Below, in pieces: positions 44,174 to 54,950 of a stretch of DNA of 64,000 nucleotides. The position numbers and the translations under genes are program-made. The DNA is from Anaerolineales bacterium. GTDB taxonomy: Bacteria; Chloroflexota; Anaerolineae; Anaerolineales; UBA4823. The number at the start of each line of letters is the position of its first letter. Position 1 is the first letter of the stretch. The stretch is taken from the NCBI GenBank assembly GCA_016929095.1, contig JAFGJM010000002.1, positions 128,137 to 192,136 on the forward strand, read 5' to 3'. The notes beneath the pieces are model-generated. The model saw only the letters and a program-made list of their open reading frames with translations, made no database searches and was not told where the DNA came from.

Positions 44174-45219
44174 GATTGACCTCCGACTTCTTTCTGACGA
44201 TAAAGTTCATTGAATACTCCAACCGGAGTGATATCAACCAGACAGGCGCGAGCACAACGTCCGCATCCAACGCAGCCTAAATAATCATGGGCTTCTAAAA
44301 TATACTTCCCTTTGCGCATGAAGCGGTGACGTTGTCGTAATGCACGACTCTGCCGGAAATTATGCCCATCAGCAATCGTAGCAAATTCATCCAACTGGCA
44401 AGAATCCCATTTCCGAATACGCTGTCCATGTTGAAGATCCAAATCGATTTCATCTCTTACATCAAAACAGAAACAAGTTGGACATACATTCGTGCAGGCA
44501 GCGCATGCCAGACAACGCTCCCCTAATTCTTCCCAAAGAGGGCTTTTCATACTCATATTGAGCAAGGACGGCAAATCACTGATATCAAAATCCAGACGAT
44601 AAGGAAAGCGTGGCCATTTCTCACTGATCACCGCATTCAACTTTTTCATGTTTTCCTCTGTTGCCGGGGCTGTTTTGGCATATTGTAACAATTCTTCTCC
44701 CACTTCAGTTCCAATATCAATGGTATAAAAATTGCCAACATCGGTCATATGAAGATCATACCCATCATCTGCCGAAAGCGTACCCATACTTTTACAAAAT
44801 GAGTTCTCATCGCAGGGGGTCAAGCATTCAATACTCACGATCAATGTCTGTTTACGCCTTAAGGTGTAATTTGGGTCAATATGACCAGTTGAAAAAACCC
44901 GATCCAGCAATTTAATTGCGTGCAAATCACACGTATGCACGCCCAATACCACTGTTCTCGGTTCAACAACAGGCGCTTGAACGGTTCCATTCCCGCTCTT
45001 ATCGAATTCAAAAAGGGTTTCTTTGGTAGGCAGCAAGAACTTTTTAGGTGGCAAGATTGTTGTTGGGTAATCCAACCTGAGGTCATCTGAATTCTCGATA
45101 ACCCTGAACGCATACCCACCATCTTCTTCCACCGGACCGCTTACTCTGAATTGAGATAAAAGACGGTTAACAAAATCTGGAAAGTCTTGTTTTTGAATAA
45201 TAGTGACACTCACTTTCAA
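44170..45219 (-). CDS. Hydrogenase beta subunit (4Fe-4S dicluster protein)
   Basis: CLACAACTNVCPTCFC and CVGCGRCARAC. Confidence 0.75.
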   Translation of the reverse strand: MKVSVTIIQKQDFPDFVNRLLSQFRVSGPVEEDGGYAFRVIENSDDLRLDYPTTILPPKKFLLPTKETLFEFDKSGNGTVQAPVVEPRTVVLGVHTCDLHAIKLLDRVFSTGHIDPNYTLRRKQTLIVSIECLTPCDENSFCKSMGTLSADDGYDLHMTDVGNFYTIDIGTEVGEELLQYAKTAPATEENMKKLNAVISEKWPRFPYRLDFDISDLPSLLNMSMKSPLWEELGERCLACAACTNVCPTCFCFDVRDEIDLDLQHGQRIRKWDSCQLDEFATIADGHNFRQSRALRQRHRFMRKGKYILEAHDYLGCVGCGRCARACLVDITPVGVFNELYRQKEVGGQS

Positions 45220-45379
45220 CTCCTCTTTAGCGAATTCTCAAAAATCAACGGAATCGTCGAATATACAAGCTGATTAATGGAAAAAATTCACGACCAAACG
45301 ATTATAAAATATTTTTTTTACCTATACATGTACCATTTGTCCTAAATCTTTTAGAAAAAAATACTACCAATTTTGTCTA

Positions 45380-46129
45380 TTAATTTATCTTACCGGTGAG
45401 TTTTTCCCATTCTTCATCTTTAACTAGCGTCACAACCCGATATCCTTCAGCATACGTCATACCGTTTTTCTTGGCATATTCTGTAGCCCATTGGCGAATT
45501 TGATCGCTGGGATCCCAATCACCCAGCTGGCTTTTATGGGCTCTTAAAGCAGCAATTTTAATAACAATAGTTTTTTCGATATTGACATAATGATCGGCTT
45601 TGTCCCAAACAAACATATACACCTTACGGGTTTTATGCGCTGATAATCCTTCTTGAGCCAGTTCTTCAAACAAATGAGGTTGCCCGGCTGCAGGAAAAAC
45701 AGCATCTAAAGCAGCCGTTGCCGCTGCCCGATGGTCAGGATGATTGAGATAATTCTCGCTCTCCCAAAAAACGGTTGGATCGCCGGTAATGACAATCTCC
45801 GGTTTGAAACGACGAATTTCTCTTACGATTTTTTTCCTTAATTCTAGCGTTGCTTGCAATAATCCATCCGGTTCTCTCAGAAAAATCACATCCTTTACAC
45901 CCGCGATATCTGCCGCAGCCAGTTGTTCTTTCTCCCTGATTTCAGCCGCTTTTTCTTTTGTCATACCAATTTCAGCAATACCCACTTCACCACTCGTGCA
46001 TAACACGTAAATAATTCTGCTTCCCATCTGACTCCATAACGCGGTTGTCCCTGCACAAGAAAATTCAATATCATCTGGATGCGCCACAATCACCATGGCG
46101 CTTTCCGGTATGTACATATGATTAGTCAT
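45380..46129 (-). CDS. PIG-L/LmbE-family N-acetylglucosaminyl deacetylase
   Basis: [16 protein letters not shown] and HPDHRA. Confidence 0.75.
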   Translation of the reverse strand: MTNHMYIPESAMVIVAHPDDIEFSCAGTTALWSQMGSRIIYVLCTSGEVGIAEIGMTKEKAAEIREKEQLAAADIAGVKDVIFLREPDGLLQATLELRKKIVREIRRFKPEIVITGDPTVFWESENYLNHPDHRAAATAALDAVFPAAGQPHLFEELAQEGLSAHKTRKVYMFVWDKADHYVNIEKTIVIKIAALRAHKSQLGDWDPSDQIRQWATEYAKKNGMTYAEGYRVVTLVKDEEWEKLTGKIN

Positions 46130-46268
46130 GAAGAGTATCTCCTAATATCATTAAGGTTTTTCCATAACCCAAATATTATATAACCACTGATAGATGTTTT
46201 AAGAAATTCGACTTGGTGAAACGCTGATATTAGATAAAAAATTGCTGAGAACTGGGAACTAAAATTGA

Positions 46269-46296
46269 TTGACTTTCAATTGTTTTCATCTATACT
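46269..46296 (+). promoter_or_regulatory. Sigma70-type promoter (TTGACT-N16-TATACT)
   Basis: -35 at 46269-46274 and -10 at 46291-46296. Confidence 0.45.
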
Positions 46297-46360
46297 ATGA
46301 ATGCATGTTTATGCAGTGCCAAAGGATTCTAATTCGCCAGTGAGAGAAAAGGAGGAGGAA

Positions 46361-48040
46361 ATGGAAGATAGAATGTGGTTTAAACATTATGATGAGGGCG
46401 TTCCTCATCATATTGATTACCCACAAGCCCCATTATTTAATTTTTTAGAAGAAGCCGCTAAAAAATATCCTAACTCGCCGTGTACGATATTTAAAGGGGC
46501 TATCATAACATATCGGGAAATGAATGAACAAACCGATCGCTTGGCTGCTGCACTTTATGAATTAGGTGTAAAAAAAGGCGATCGAGTAGGAATTCTTATG
46601 CCCAACACGCCGCAATTTGTCATAGCATATTTTGCAATTCTAAAAATTGGCGGTGTTGTTGTCGCTACAAACCCCTTATATACGGCAACAGAAATCCAGC
46701 GCCAGGTTGTCGATGCTGGCATTGAAGTGATGCTGGTAATGAGCAATTTCTATCATTTGGTTAAACAAATCCAAACGAAAACAAAAATCCGCACATTTAT
46801 CGTCACCAACTTGAAAGAAACTTTACCCCCCATCCTGTCCTTACTTTTTACCATCGCAAAAGAAAAGGAAGGCGGTTTTCGTGTTCAAATCGGAGCAGGG
46901 GACCACTGGTTCCAGGATTTGATTAAAAAATATTCGCCTCAAGACCGTCCCAAGATTGATGTAAGCTCTGAAGATGTTGCCTTGTTCCAATACAGCGGAG
47001 GCACAACCGGTGATTCGAAAGGCGCGATCGCTTTACACCGTAATTTGGTGGCAAATTCCATGCAAGTACGCTCCTGGCTCCCCAATGCCGAAGAAGGCAA
47101 AGAAGTGGTGCTAATGGCAATCCCCCTCTTTCATGTTTATGGCATGGTGGCAGGTATGTGTTTTGCAATAAAAGCTGCTGCCTCGATGGTCATGATCCCC
47201 AATCCCAGAGACATGAAAGACGTGCTGACCAGCATCCAAAAGTACAATGCCTCGATTTACCCTGGTGTTCCCACTATGTATAACGCCATCAATAATCACC
47301 CGGATGTCTTGGCTGGTAAATACAACCTCAGCACGATCAAAGGCTGCATCTCTGGCTCTGCGCCGCTTATGAGAGAAACTAAATTGAAATTTGAAGAACT
47401 CACCGGTGGAAAATTAGTCGAGGGATATGGCCTTTCCGAAGCACCCACTGCCACCCATTGCAATCCTCTATATGGATATAATCCCTCCGGTTCAATAGGC
47501 ATCCCCATGCCGGACGTTGATTGCCGAATTATCAGCCTGGATGATGAAGTTTCTGTATTAGAGCCGGGTGAGGTGGGTGAGTTGGTTATCAAAGGGCCTC
47601 AAGTGTTCAAAGGCTACCACAATATGCCAACCGAGACTACCAATGCCCTGCGGGATGACTGGCTGTACACCGGTGACATCGCCCGTATGGACGAAGACGG
47701 TTATTTTTATATTGTGGATCGGAAAAAAGAATTGATTAAACCCGGTGGTTACCAGGTCTGGCCCAGGGAAGTAGAAGAAGTGATTGCCACGCATCCTAAA
47801 GTTATGGAGGTGGGGGTGGCTGGAGTGCCTGACCCCTACCGGGGCGAGACGGTAAAAGCGTGGGTAGTGCTTAAACCCGGCGAGACATTATCCGAAGAAG
47901 AAGTCAAGGAATGGTGCAAAGAGAAGTTAGCGAAATTTAAAATCCCCACCCTGGTAGAATTCAGGAAAGAATTACCAAAAACCATGGTCGGGAAAATACT
48001 GCGCCGCGAGTTGGTTAAAGAACACCGGGAAAGCGCCTGA
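46361..48040 (+). CDS. Long-chain acyl-CoA synthetase (AMP-binding family)
   Basis: YSGGTTGDSKG, GYGLSE, TGDIARMDEDGYFYIVDRKK. ATG 46361 follows AAGGAGGAGG. Confidence 0.85.
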   Translation: MEDRMWFKHYDEGVPHHIDYPQAPLFNFLEEAAKKYPNSPCTIFKGAIITYREMNEQTDRLAAALYELGVKKGDRVGILMPNTPQFVIAYFAILKIGGVVVATNPLYTATEIQRQVVDAGIEVMLVMSNFYHLVKQIQTKTKIRTFIVTNLKETLPPILSLLFTIAKEKEGGFRVQIGAGDHWFQDLIKKYSPQDRPKIDVSSEDVALFQYSGGTTGDSKGAIALHRNLVANSMQVRSWLPNAEEGKEVVLMAIPLFHVYGMVAGMCFAIKAAASMVMIPNPRDMKDVLTSIQKYNASIYPGVPTMYNAINNHPDVLAGKYNLSTIKGCISGSAPLMRETKLKFEELTGGKLVEGYGLSEAPTATHCNPLYGYNPSGSIGIPMPDVDCRIISLDDEVSVLEPGEVGELVIKGPQVFKGYHNMPTETTNALRDDWLYTGDIARMDEDGYFYIVDRKKELIKPGGYQVWPREVEEVIATHPKVMEVGVAGVPDPYRGETVKAWVVLKPGETLSEEEVKEWCKEKLAKFKIPTLVEFRKELPKTMVGKILRRELVKEHRESA

Positions 48041-48123
48041 TAAATAAAATTGGTATCCAGTTTTTTTTATTTCCAGGATAGATTTTTTACTCATCGACCC
48101 ATTCAAAATTCATTCTCATTCCA

Positions 48124-48166
48124 AACAACCTCCCCATTTTCGTTGAATGAAAATGGGGAGGTTGTT
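48124..48166. repeat. Perfect 18-bp inverted repeat hairpin between convergent genes (probable terminator)
   Basis: AACAACCTCCCCATTTTC-gttgaat-GAAAATGGGGAGGTTGTT. Confidence 0.7.
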
Positions 48167-48190
48167 CTTGGAATTATCTTACGATTCCTT

Positions 48191-50950
48191 TTATTCGTTC
48201 ACTTCCCTGATTTGACCATCTACCCCCATCACTTTTCCATTGGCATCATCTACGAATACCATAGCTAAATTAAACCGTTCAACTAACTCTGCAAACAAGC
48301 CTTTGATTTCCTCATAAGAGATACTTTTCTCGGATACTCCGCTGCTTAATTGCCACCTTCGCTTGATTTGCTTATATTGCTGTTCTATATCTTTCTTCAA
48401 TGCACGAATTCTCATCGCTGTTGCGTGGTCATTAATCATGCGGTGCTCCAAAGCAGTCCACTTTTGATCAATTGTATCTAGTTGCTGTTCCAATTCGATT
48501 ATCGTTTGTCGTTCATCCTCATATCTTTCCATAGCCACAATTACAGAATGGGTAAACTCTTGATATTTTAAAGATATCTCTCCAAACCTTTTCACCCACC
48601 ATATCGCCCGCATGGGTTGTGAGATATTTTTTTCCCATGCCGCATCGATTGTAGAAAGATCAGTGCTTAAATCCGTGAATGAGACCGTCGTGGCAGGCCA
48701 GCTGCGTTTTTCCGGGATATGCGCGGTTGCTTCCAATAATTCTTTCATCGCCCTTTCTTTATGCGTCAACACTGCCTGATAAGCATCGTTCACGGGGTTA
48801 AATATCGTCTCCTCGATCTCGTTGAACACAGCAATCAGATTTTGATAGAGATCATTCTTCCCCTTTAATAGCAAAACCGGATTTTCATAGCGAATAGTTT
48901 TCCCATCGTTTGGTTGCTCTTTCCCCGATGTTGTATTGACCCGGTTTATCAATCTGTGAGCCCGTTGTATGACCGCATCATCCAGATTCGCCATACCACA
49001 TAATTTCCTCAATTGCTCTCGCAGATTATCAGACACCATATCGATATTCTTATTCATCAGAATCATCCAGCGGTTACATGCCATCTCGACCCTGCGATCG
49101 ATAATCGAAACAGCATTTTGTTTATCATGAAGCGTTCCGGTGGATAAACTGTTGACTTTTGTTGTGACTGTATTTAGATTTTTTCTCAATCGTTCGATTT
49201 CCTTTTCCCCTCCCTGCTGTAAAAACAGCGGGTTGCTGTGAACAATCGATTCCAGTTGGCTAATATATGGCTGTATTTTATGAAGCGACTGCCGGGTTTG
49301 ATTGATTTCTTCTCTAAAAATGGTTAGGTAACTTTTAACCTCGGTAATCTGCTCTTCTAATATCCTATAAGAATCAAACAAAATACGCATTTCTTCCAAT
49401 AAAGAAGATAAATGTGATTCGCAAATTGGATTGGGAAATAACCTGTTTAATAACGATTGGTGGTTTAGCAAGTTCTCTTCCAATTCCGAAGCCAAAGATT
49501 GAATGGAAAGATTTTTGGGGAAATTAGCCTGATTGTATGTTTGAGCGGCTTCTATGATCCGTTTTGCTTCTTGATGCCAGTATAAACCCTGGTTTATCTC
49601 CTCGGTTTGATAAAATTCCACCAGTGATTCATGGATCGTAACTACCCGCTTTATTCGAGATAACAACGCAGTGATCTCTTTGTAAAGACCGATTGCAATA
49701 GCCAGGTGGTTTTGTATTTCATCGGGCGAACGCAACCTCTCCTCAACGAGGATATCTTTTTTCCGTTGTTTAAAAGAATATATTAAATCTGCAGACACAT
49801 CCCAGGCGATGGGGAAGATGGAGTGTTTACTCAGAGAAGAAACTAACTCGTCAATTTGAGTCATACTCTCTTCGGTTTGTTCTAATAAAGGTTCTAATAT
49901 CGATTGATTTCTGCGGGCTTGTTGTACCGTGTTTGTAGCGTCTGATGCAAGCTGGTATATCCGGTCTGCCTCTTGAGTCATTTCTGGTAAACTTTCGACT
50001 TCGACTCTGTTAAGAGTATCATTTAAAATATATCCAATGGATTGAATGGTTTTGAAATTTTCCTGTAAATTTCCTAAAGCTATCCTCTGACTCGATTCTT
50101 GAATTAAATCTTGTGTATTGGATAAAGTAGATTGCGCGGTGTCTATCGTTCGGGCAGCCTGTTGATAATCATTCCACCATTGATATAAACGCAGGTGCAA
50201 ACTATCGACGACAGGCTCAATCTCCTGATAGAGATTATAAGCCTCACAGATCGTGGCATATTCAGTCTGTTCAACGATTTCTTCTCTAGAGTTCGCCATC
50301 AATTCTTGAGGGAAGTCAGAGATTTTTCGAGATAATTCCTCGATAGCGCGTTCAACCTCATCGAATGCACTCCCCCGAACATTTTTCTCATACAAGGCTT
50401 GAAAAACCCGTTTACAATCTTTGAGTTTCTCGAGCATCTCTCTGAGCTGACAGGCGACCTCCCATCCAAGCTCCGCTATTTCACGGGTATGGGTGACAGC
50501 CGCAGAAAGATATTCTTTCAGTACAGCGATTTGAGGTAAAAATGAATTTGTTGTAGGGATCAATTGGTTGTAAACCGATCCGGGTAGTAGTGTGAATACA
50601 TAATTTATACGATCCATTTTCTCCCAGTAATCGATTTTCTCTTGCACCTCAATATATTGGTTTCGTAATGTATTAAATTCCAATTCCAACCATGATAATT
50701 CAATATCGAGTGTTTTTACTTTTGATAAAAACGGCTCATTCTTTAAAACCTGGTTTTGCCGGAGATTTACACGTAAAGCATGCATACCAGAAAGTAAATC
50801 TCGCAAAGATTTTTGAACACTTTTCATTTGTTCCAGGAATTTACTTCTTTGCGCGATTGCTCGCATGCATCCCAGCAAAACAATGACGAAACCGATAAAT
50901 AAAATAATCAATAAGCCAGATAAGAAATCCATCATCCCCAGGTTGCTCAT
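48191..50950 (-). CDS. 919-aa N-terminally anchored coiled-coil protein (EzrA-like architecture, function unknown)
   Basis: Single TM LLIILFIGFVIVLLG, then about 880 aa of heptad-like helical sequence. Confidence 0.55.
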   Translation of the reverse strand: MSNLGMMDFLSGLLIILFIGFVIVLLGCMRAIAQRSKFLEQMKSVQKSLRDLLSGMHALRVNLRQNQVLKNEPFLSKVKTLDIELSWLELEFNTLRNQYIEVQEKIDYWEKMDRINYVFTLLPGSVYNQLIPTTNSFLPQIAVLKEYLSAAVTHTREIAELGWEVACQLREMLEKLKDCKRVFQALYEKNVRGSAFDEVERAIEELSRKISDFPQELMANSREEIVEQTEYATICEAYNLYQEIEPVVDSLHLRLYQWWNDYQQAARTIDTAQSTLSNTQDLIQESSQRIALGNLQENFKTIQSIGYILNDTLNRVEVESLPEMTQEADRIYQLASDATNTVQQARRNQSILEPLLEQTEESMTQIDELVSSLSKHSIFPIAWDVSADLIYSFKQRKKDILVEERLRSPDEIQNHLAIAIGLYKEITALLSRIKRVVTIHESLVEFYQTEEINQGLYWHQEAKRIIEAAQTYNQANFPKNLSIQSLASELEENLLNHQSLLNRLFPNPICESHLSSLLEEMRILFDSYRILEEQITEVKSYLTIFREEINQTRQSLHKIQPYISQLESIVHSNPLFLQQGGEKEIERLRKNLNTVTTKVNSLSTGTLHDKQNAVSIIDRRVEMACNRWMILMNKNIDMVSDNLREQLRKLCGMANLDDAVIQRAHRLINRVNTTSGKEQPNDGKTIRYENPVLLLKGKNDLYQNLIAVFNEIEETIFNPVNDAYQAVLTHKERAMKELLEATAHIPEKRSWPATTVSFTDLSTDLSTIDAAWEKNISQPMRAIWWVKRFGEISLKYQEFTHSVIVAMERYEDERQTIIELEQQLDTIDQKWTALEHRMINDHATAMRIRALKKDIEQQYKQIKRRWQLSSGVSEKSISYEEIKGLFAELVERFNLAMVFVDDANGKVMGVDGQIREVNE

Positions 50951-50959
50951 CTCAATATA

Positions 50960-51904
50960 TCACACCATATCATCCAACAGCCATTGAGTAACAAATTGCT
51001 CTATTTCACTTTCTATTCCCTGCTCTGCGCGAAACCAATGGATGGTTGGATCGTCCATTTTAAACCAATTGGCTTGATGACGTACAAAAACCCGCGTCCG
51101 CCTTTTTATCAAAGTAACGGCTTCTTCCAGAGATATTTTTCCCTGAATATATGCAATCATGTCACGGTAGCCAATTGCAGAAAATCCGGGTAAATCAGGA
51201 GAATACCCCTGAGCAAGTAATTTTCTGATCTCACCGATTAGACCTGCCTGGATCATGGCGTCTAATCTGATATCGACCCTTTGATAAAGTTCTGGGCGAG
51301 GACGATATAATCCGATTTTTAATATATGATATCGAGGCAATCGTCGTTGGCGTTGAGCACTGAACGGTTTTCCGGAGGATAGTATCACCTCCAATGCCCG
51401 TATGGTTCGGCGTAAATTCCGATGGTCAATTTTCATGGCTGCCTGCGAGTCCAATACCTTCAAACGTGCGTGTAAACCTTCCGCCCCGATCTCATTTGCC
51501 CAAATATGTAAAATACCGCGCATGGCCGGGTCAGGAGTCACCGCCGGGATTTCCCAGCCCTCCGTGATGGCACGAATATATTGACCGGTACCCCCAACCA
51601 ATATCGGCAGCTTTCCACGTGCATGGATATCCAATATCGCTTCACACACAGCTCTTTGAAATATCGCCAGACTCCAGGGCTTATCCAAATCGGAAACATT
51701 AATCAAATGGTGGGGTATTTCCGCCATCTCTTCGGGCGTTGGTTTGGCTGTGCCAATATCCATACCGCGGTATATCAATCGGGAGTCTCCGGATACAATC
51801 TCGCCCCGCAGTTGACGCGCTAACTTCAGAGATAACTCAGTTTTGCCTACCGCACTTGCCCCTAATATGATGATCAAAGGAGGTAACTGTTTTTTCGCCG
51901 TCAC
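50960..51904 (-). CDS. miaA: tRNA dimethylallyltransferase
   Basis: LIIILGASAVGKTELSLKLA...IVSGDSRLIYRGMDIGTAKPT. Confidence 0.9.
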   Translation of the reverse strand: MTAKKQLPPLIIILGASAVGKTELSLKLARQLRGEIVSGDSRLIYRGMDIGTAKPTPEEMAEIPHHLINVSDLDKPWSLAIFQRAVCEAILDIHARGKLPILVGGTGQYIRAITEGWEIPAVTPDPAMRGILHIWANEIGAEGLHARLKVLDSQAAMKIDHRNLRRTIRALEVILSSGKPFSAQRQRRLPRYHILKIGLYRPRPELYQRVDIRLDAMIQAGLIGEIRKLLAQGYSPDLPGFSAIGYRDMIAYIQGKISLEEAVTLIKRRTRVFVRHQANWFKMDDPTIHWFRAEQGIESEIEQFVTQWLLDDMV

Positions 51905-51944
51905 AAGAGATACTCTGGTTTTTCACTAATTCGTAATATGCGCG

Positions 51945-52328
51945 CTATATTTGAATGGCGTTCTCAAAGTGGGTTATCGTTGCAGGTTCCCCATTTTTTT
52001 TATATTCCACCGCGATAATATCCACTCTCCACTGTTCTTCCATTTCTGGGTGTTCCTGGAAATAGGACAAAATAGTGGCAATTATATGCTCTTGCTTCCG
52101 TTTGTTTACCGAAATCTCTGGCGGGCCAAATCTGGTGGAGGCGCGGGTTTTCACTTCCACGAAAATCAAATCTTTAGAAGATCCCTCTTGGGCAAGTAAG
52201 TCGATCTCTCCAAAAGGGGTTCTTACATTTCGCCCGACAATCGAATACCCTTTTTCTTCCAGGTAACGCGCGGCACAATCTTCTCCCCAGCGTCCTAAAG
52301 ATTGGTTGTGGCGTTTTATCTTTCCCAT
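51945..52328 (-). CDS. YraN-family (UPF0102) endonuclease-like protein
   Basis: GRWGEDCAARYLEEKGYSIVGRNVRTPFGEIDLLA...IFVEVKTR. Confidence 0.8.
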   Translation of the reverse strand: MGKIKRHNQSLGRWGEDCAARYLEEKGYSIVGRNVRTPFGEIDLLAQEGSSKDLIFVEVKTRASTRFGPPEISVNKRKQEHIIATILSYFQEHPEMEEQWRVDIIAVEYKKNGEPATITHFENAIQI

Positions 52329-53518
52329 TTGTCCACGATGCGTTGTATCTGGATGCGAAAGCTGCGTCGACGCCCCCTGGATTGTTCCACCACTTGTTGA
52401 TATTTTTCAATCATTATCTGGCATGTTTTGTTGATCGAGTAATTTTGAGATCGTTCTTTTGCCGCTATTCCCATTTTTTTGCGCATGTCATTATCTGTGA
52501 TCATTTTTGCCATTTTTGCTGTGAAGGCAGCCATATCATTATCTTGTGCCAAACACCCACTCACACCATCTTGCACAATATCTCCAACTCCAGGCGAATT
52601 GATCCCCAACACCGGTAACCCGACTGCCATCGCTTCGATCACCGAGAGAGGATGTACCTCAGTGATCGAGGCGGTGGTGTATAAATCTGCCATCGCTAGA
52701 TAGCGTCGGACATCCTGATATGGCACCATTCCGAAAAATTGTACCCGCTTTTTTACCCCCAAATGCGACACCAGATCCATCAAATTCTCCCTTTCCGGGC
52801 CGTCTCCAACCAATAACAATCCAATATTCTCATAAGCTTTTACAATCCCGGCAAAGCACCGCAATAAAAACGATAAATTTTTCTCAGGACCTAATCGACC
52901 GGTATAAATTAATAAAATATCATCGGGAGAAAAGCCTAAAGACGATCGTTCTACAGGATTTGTGATCGTCTCAAAAGGATGTAAATCCACCCCATTGGGT
53001 ACAACTTCAATCGGAGTGGACACTTTCAATTTCTCTAATATCTTCTTCACACTGGGAGAAGGTGAAATCACCATATCACAGGCACGACAAAAAGAAGGCA
53101 GATACGCTTCCAGCGCGGTCTCTCCAATTGCTTCCGGTAAACCGGGTAAATAAGCTTTAGCGTAAAGATCATAGCGTGTATGATTTGTAAAGACGATCGG
53201 TATCCCCCGCGGGCGGCAATAACGCAGCGCTAAAGACCCACTTAAAAAGGGTTGATGAACATGCACAACATCCATTGTCCGTAAAATAACCCGAGCCTCA
53301 TGTTGATAATTTACATTAAAAAAGTATCCGGTATCCAACAAAGGCAAGCCGGGCGAGCGAATAACATTGGTTTCATCATCTTGATAGTCTTCGTCGCTGA
53401 AAGTAAAAATATAAACTTGATGCCCTTCGTTTTCTAAAAACCGTTTATTTAGCGAGATGTAATTCGTTATCCCACTGACATGTGGTTTATAGACATCCGT
53501 CATCATCCCAATGCGCAT
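52316..53518 (-). CDS. Family-4 (GT-B) glycosyltransferase
   Basis: MRIGMMTDVYKPHVSGI...GRLGPEKN...E(V)HPLSVIEAMA. ATG 53518 follows GGGAGG. Confidence 0.75.
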   Translation of the reverse strand: MRIGMMTDVYKPHVSGITNYISLNKRFLENEGHQVYIFTFSDEDYQDDETNVIRSPGLPLLDTGYFFNVNYQHEARVILRTMDVVHVHQPFLSGSLALRYCRPRGIPIVFTNHTRYDLYAKAYLPGLPEAIGETALEAYLPSFCRACDMVISPSPSVKKILEKLKVSTPIEVVPNGVDLHPFETITNPVERSSLGFSPDDILLIYTGRLGPEKNLSFLLRCFAGIVKAYENIGLLLVGDGPERENLMDLVSHLGVKKRVQFFGMVPYQDVRRYLAMADLYTTASITEVHPLSVIEAMAVGLPVLGINSPGVGDIVQDGVSGCLAQDNDMAAFTAKMAKMITDNDMRKKMGIAAKERSQNYSINKTCQIMIEKYQQVVEQSRGRRRSFRIQIQRIVDKWER

Positions 53519-53633
53519 GGAACCTCCCAGAATAATCTTATCCAATAATCATAATATATTCGGTGTATTTTATTACCTCGATGATTATATCTCGAACTTG
53601 GCAGTTATCCGGTAGGCGAGTACAATTTCATTT

Positions 53634-54446
53634 GTGGTTAAACTTAGTCATTTACCCTCTTTAGAACGTTTAAGTACCATAGCCTCTGTAATATTGCTGG
53701 TATACACACTTTCGCGTTTTATCACTATTCCCGACCAATTTATTCGTTATCAACTACTTGGCTTTTATTTTGAATTTAACATCAATATTCGCGTATTGGT
53801 AGTGTTCATGGTTATTTGTATCACTGTCAGTGGGGTTGATTGGATGCTGCGCAATCACCCTTTCCTGGAAAAATCGAACACTTTTCAACATTGGCTGTTA
53901 CCGGCACTCACCGCCTGGGTCATTGGCTTCCCGCTTTTTCAATTGCCACTCGGGCCTTATTGGTGGGCAAGCATCATTTTGGGAGGCGCTTTATTGATCA
54001 CCGTATTGGTTTCGGAATACATTACAGTAGATCCCGATGATATCCGCCAACCAATTGCAGCAGTCATGTTAACCTCGATATCATTTTCAATATTTCTAAT
54101 ACTTGGCTTCTTTATCCATTATGTAGGCGTTAGGTTGGTCTTGATGCTCCCTGCCCTCTTTCTCGCAAGTGGGTTGGTGAGTATGCGCACTCTAAATTTA
54201 CGCCTACCGGAAAAAAGGGCTTTCACCGAGGCTGGCATTATCGCCCTGCTCTCCTGCCAGTTTGCTGCCGGCTTACATTATTGGCCAATCTCTGCATTTT
54301 CTTTTGGCCTTGCTCTGCTTGGGTTCACATATGCTCTCACAAGTTTTATCGCCAATCTGGCTGATTCTGAGTCATTACCACTTGCGATCATTGAACCGGC
54401 ACTGGTTACCCTGGTTTTATTTGGATTTGCCTACTGGTACCGGTAA
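53634..54446 (+). CDS. Polytopic membrane protein, unknown function
   Basis: About 8 hydrophobic segments; GTG start. Confidence 0.5.
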   Translation: MVKLSHLPSLERLSTIASVILLVYTLSRFITIPDQFIRYQLLGFYFEFNINIRVLVVFMVICITVSGVDWMLRNHPFLEKSNTFQHWLLPALTAWVIGFPLFQLPLGPYWWASIILGGALLITVLVSEYITVDPDDIRQPIAAVMLTSISFSIFLILGFFIHYVGVRLVLMLPALFLASGLVSMRTLNLRLPEKRAFTEAGIIALLSCQFAAGLHYWPISAFSFGLALLGFTYALTSFIANLADSESLPLAIIEPALVTLVLFGFAYWYR

Positions 54447-54451
54447 AACCC

Positions 54452-54871
54452 ATGCTTCTTCATCCATTAGTCATACCTCGAAAATTTTGGGAGCAGATGC
54501 GTAATCACGTGAATGATATTTACCCAGAAGAAGCCTGCGGGCTTTTAGCAGGAAGTGAAGATCGGGTGACAAAAGTATTTACGGTTTCAAATATCTTCAA
54601 AAGTTCCCAGAATTATCGTATGGATGCGCAAGAACAATTGGCGGCTTTCATGTCCATTGAAAAAGAAAATCTGGAATTACTGGGCATTTATCATTCGCAT
54701 CCCCAGGGGCCTCCCTATCCTTCGGAAGTCGACCTCAATGAAGCATATTATCCTGATATCGCTTACCTGATTTGGGCGCAGAATGGGCAAAATTGGATTT
54801 TCCAGGGATTTCTCTTAAAAAACCACGCGGCAACACCAATAAATATTGAAATTGAAGAAGAAAATTTATAA
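54452..54871 (+). CDS. MPN/JAMM-family metalloprotease
   Basis: EEACG...GIYHSHPQGPPYPSEVD (the E ... HxH ... S ... D JAMM motif). Confidence 0.75.
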   Translation: MLLHPLVIPRKFWEQMRNHVNDIYPEEACGLLAGSEDRVTKVFTVSNIFKSSQNYRMDAQEQLAAFMSIEKENLELLGIYHSHPQGPPYPSEVDLNEAYYPDIAYLIWAQNGQNWIFQGFLLKNHAATPINIEIEEENL

Positions 54872-54950
54872 AAAGACATTTAGAAATATCATATCTTAAT
54901 TCTGCTTTTTATCAGTAACTTTAGTATAAAACAGGTGTTACCAAAATTAA

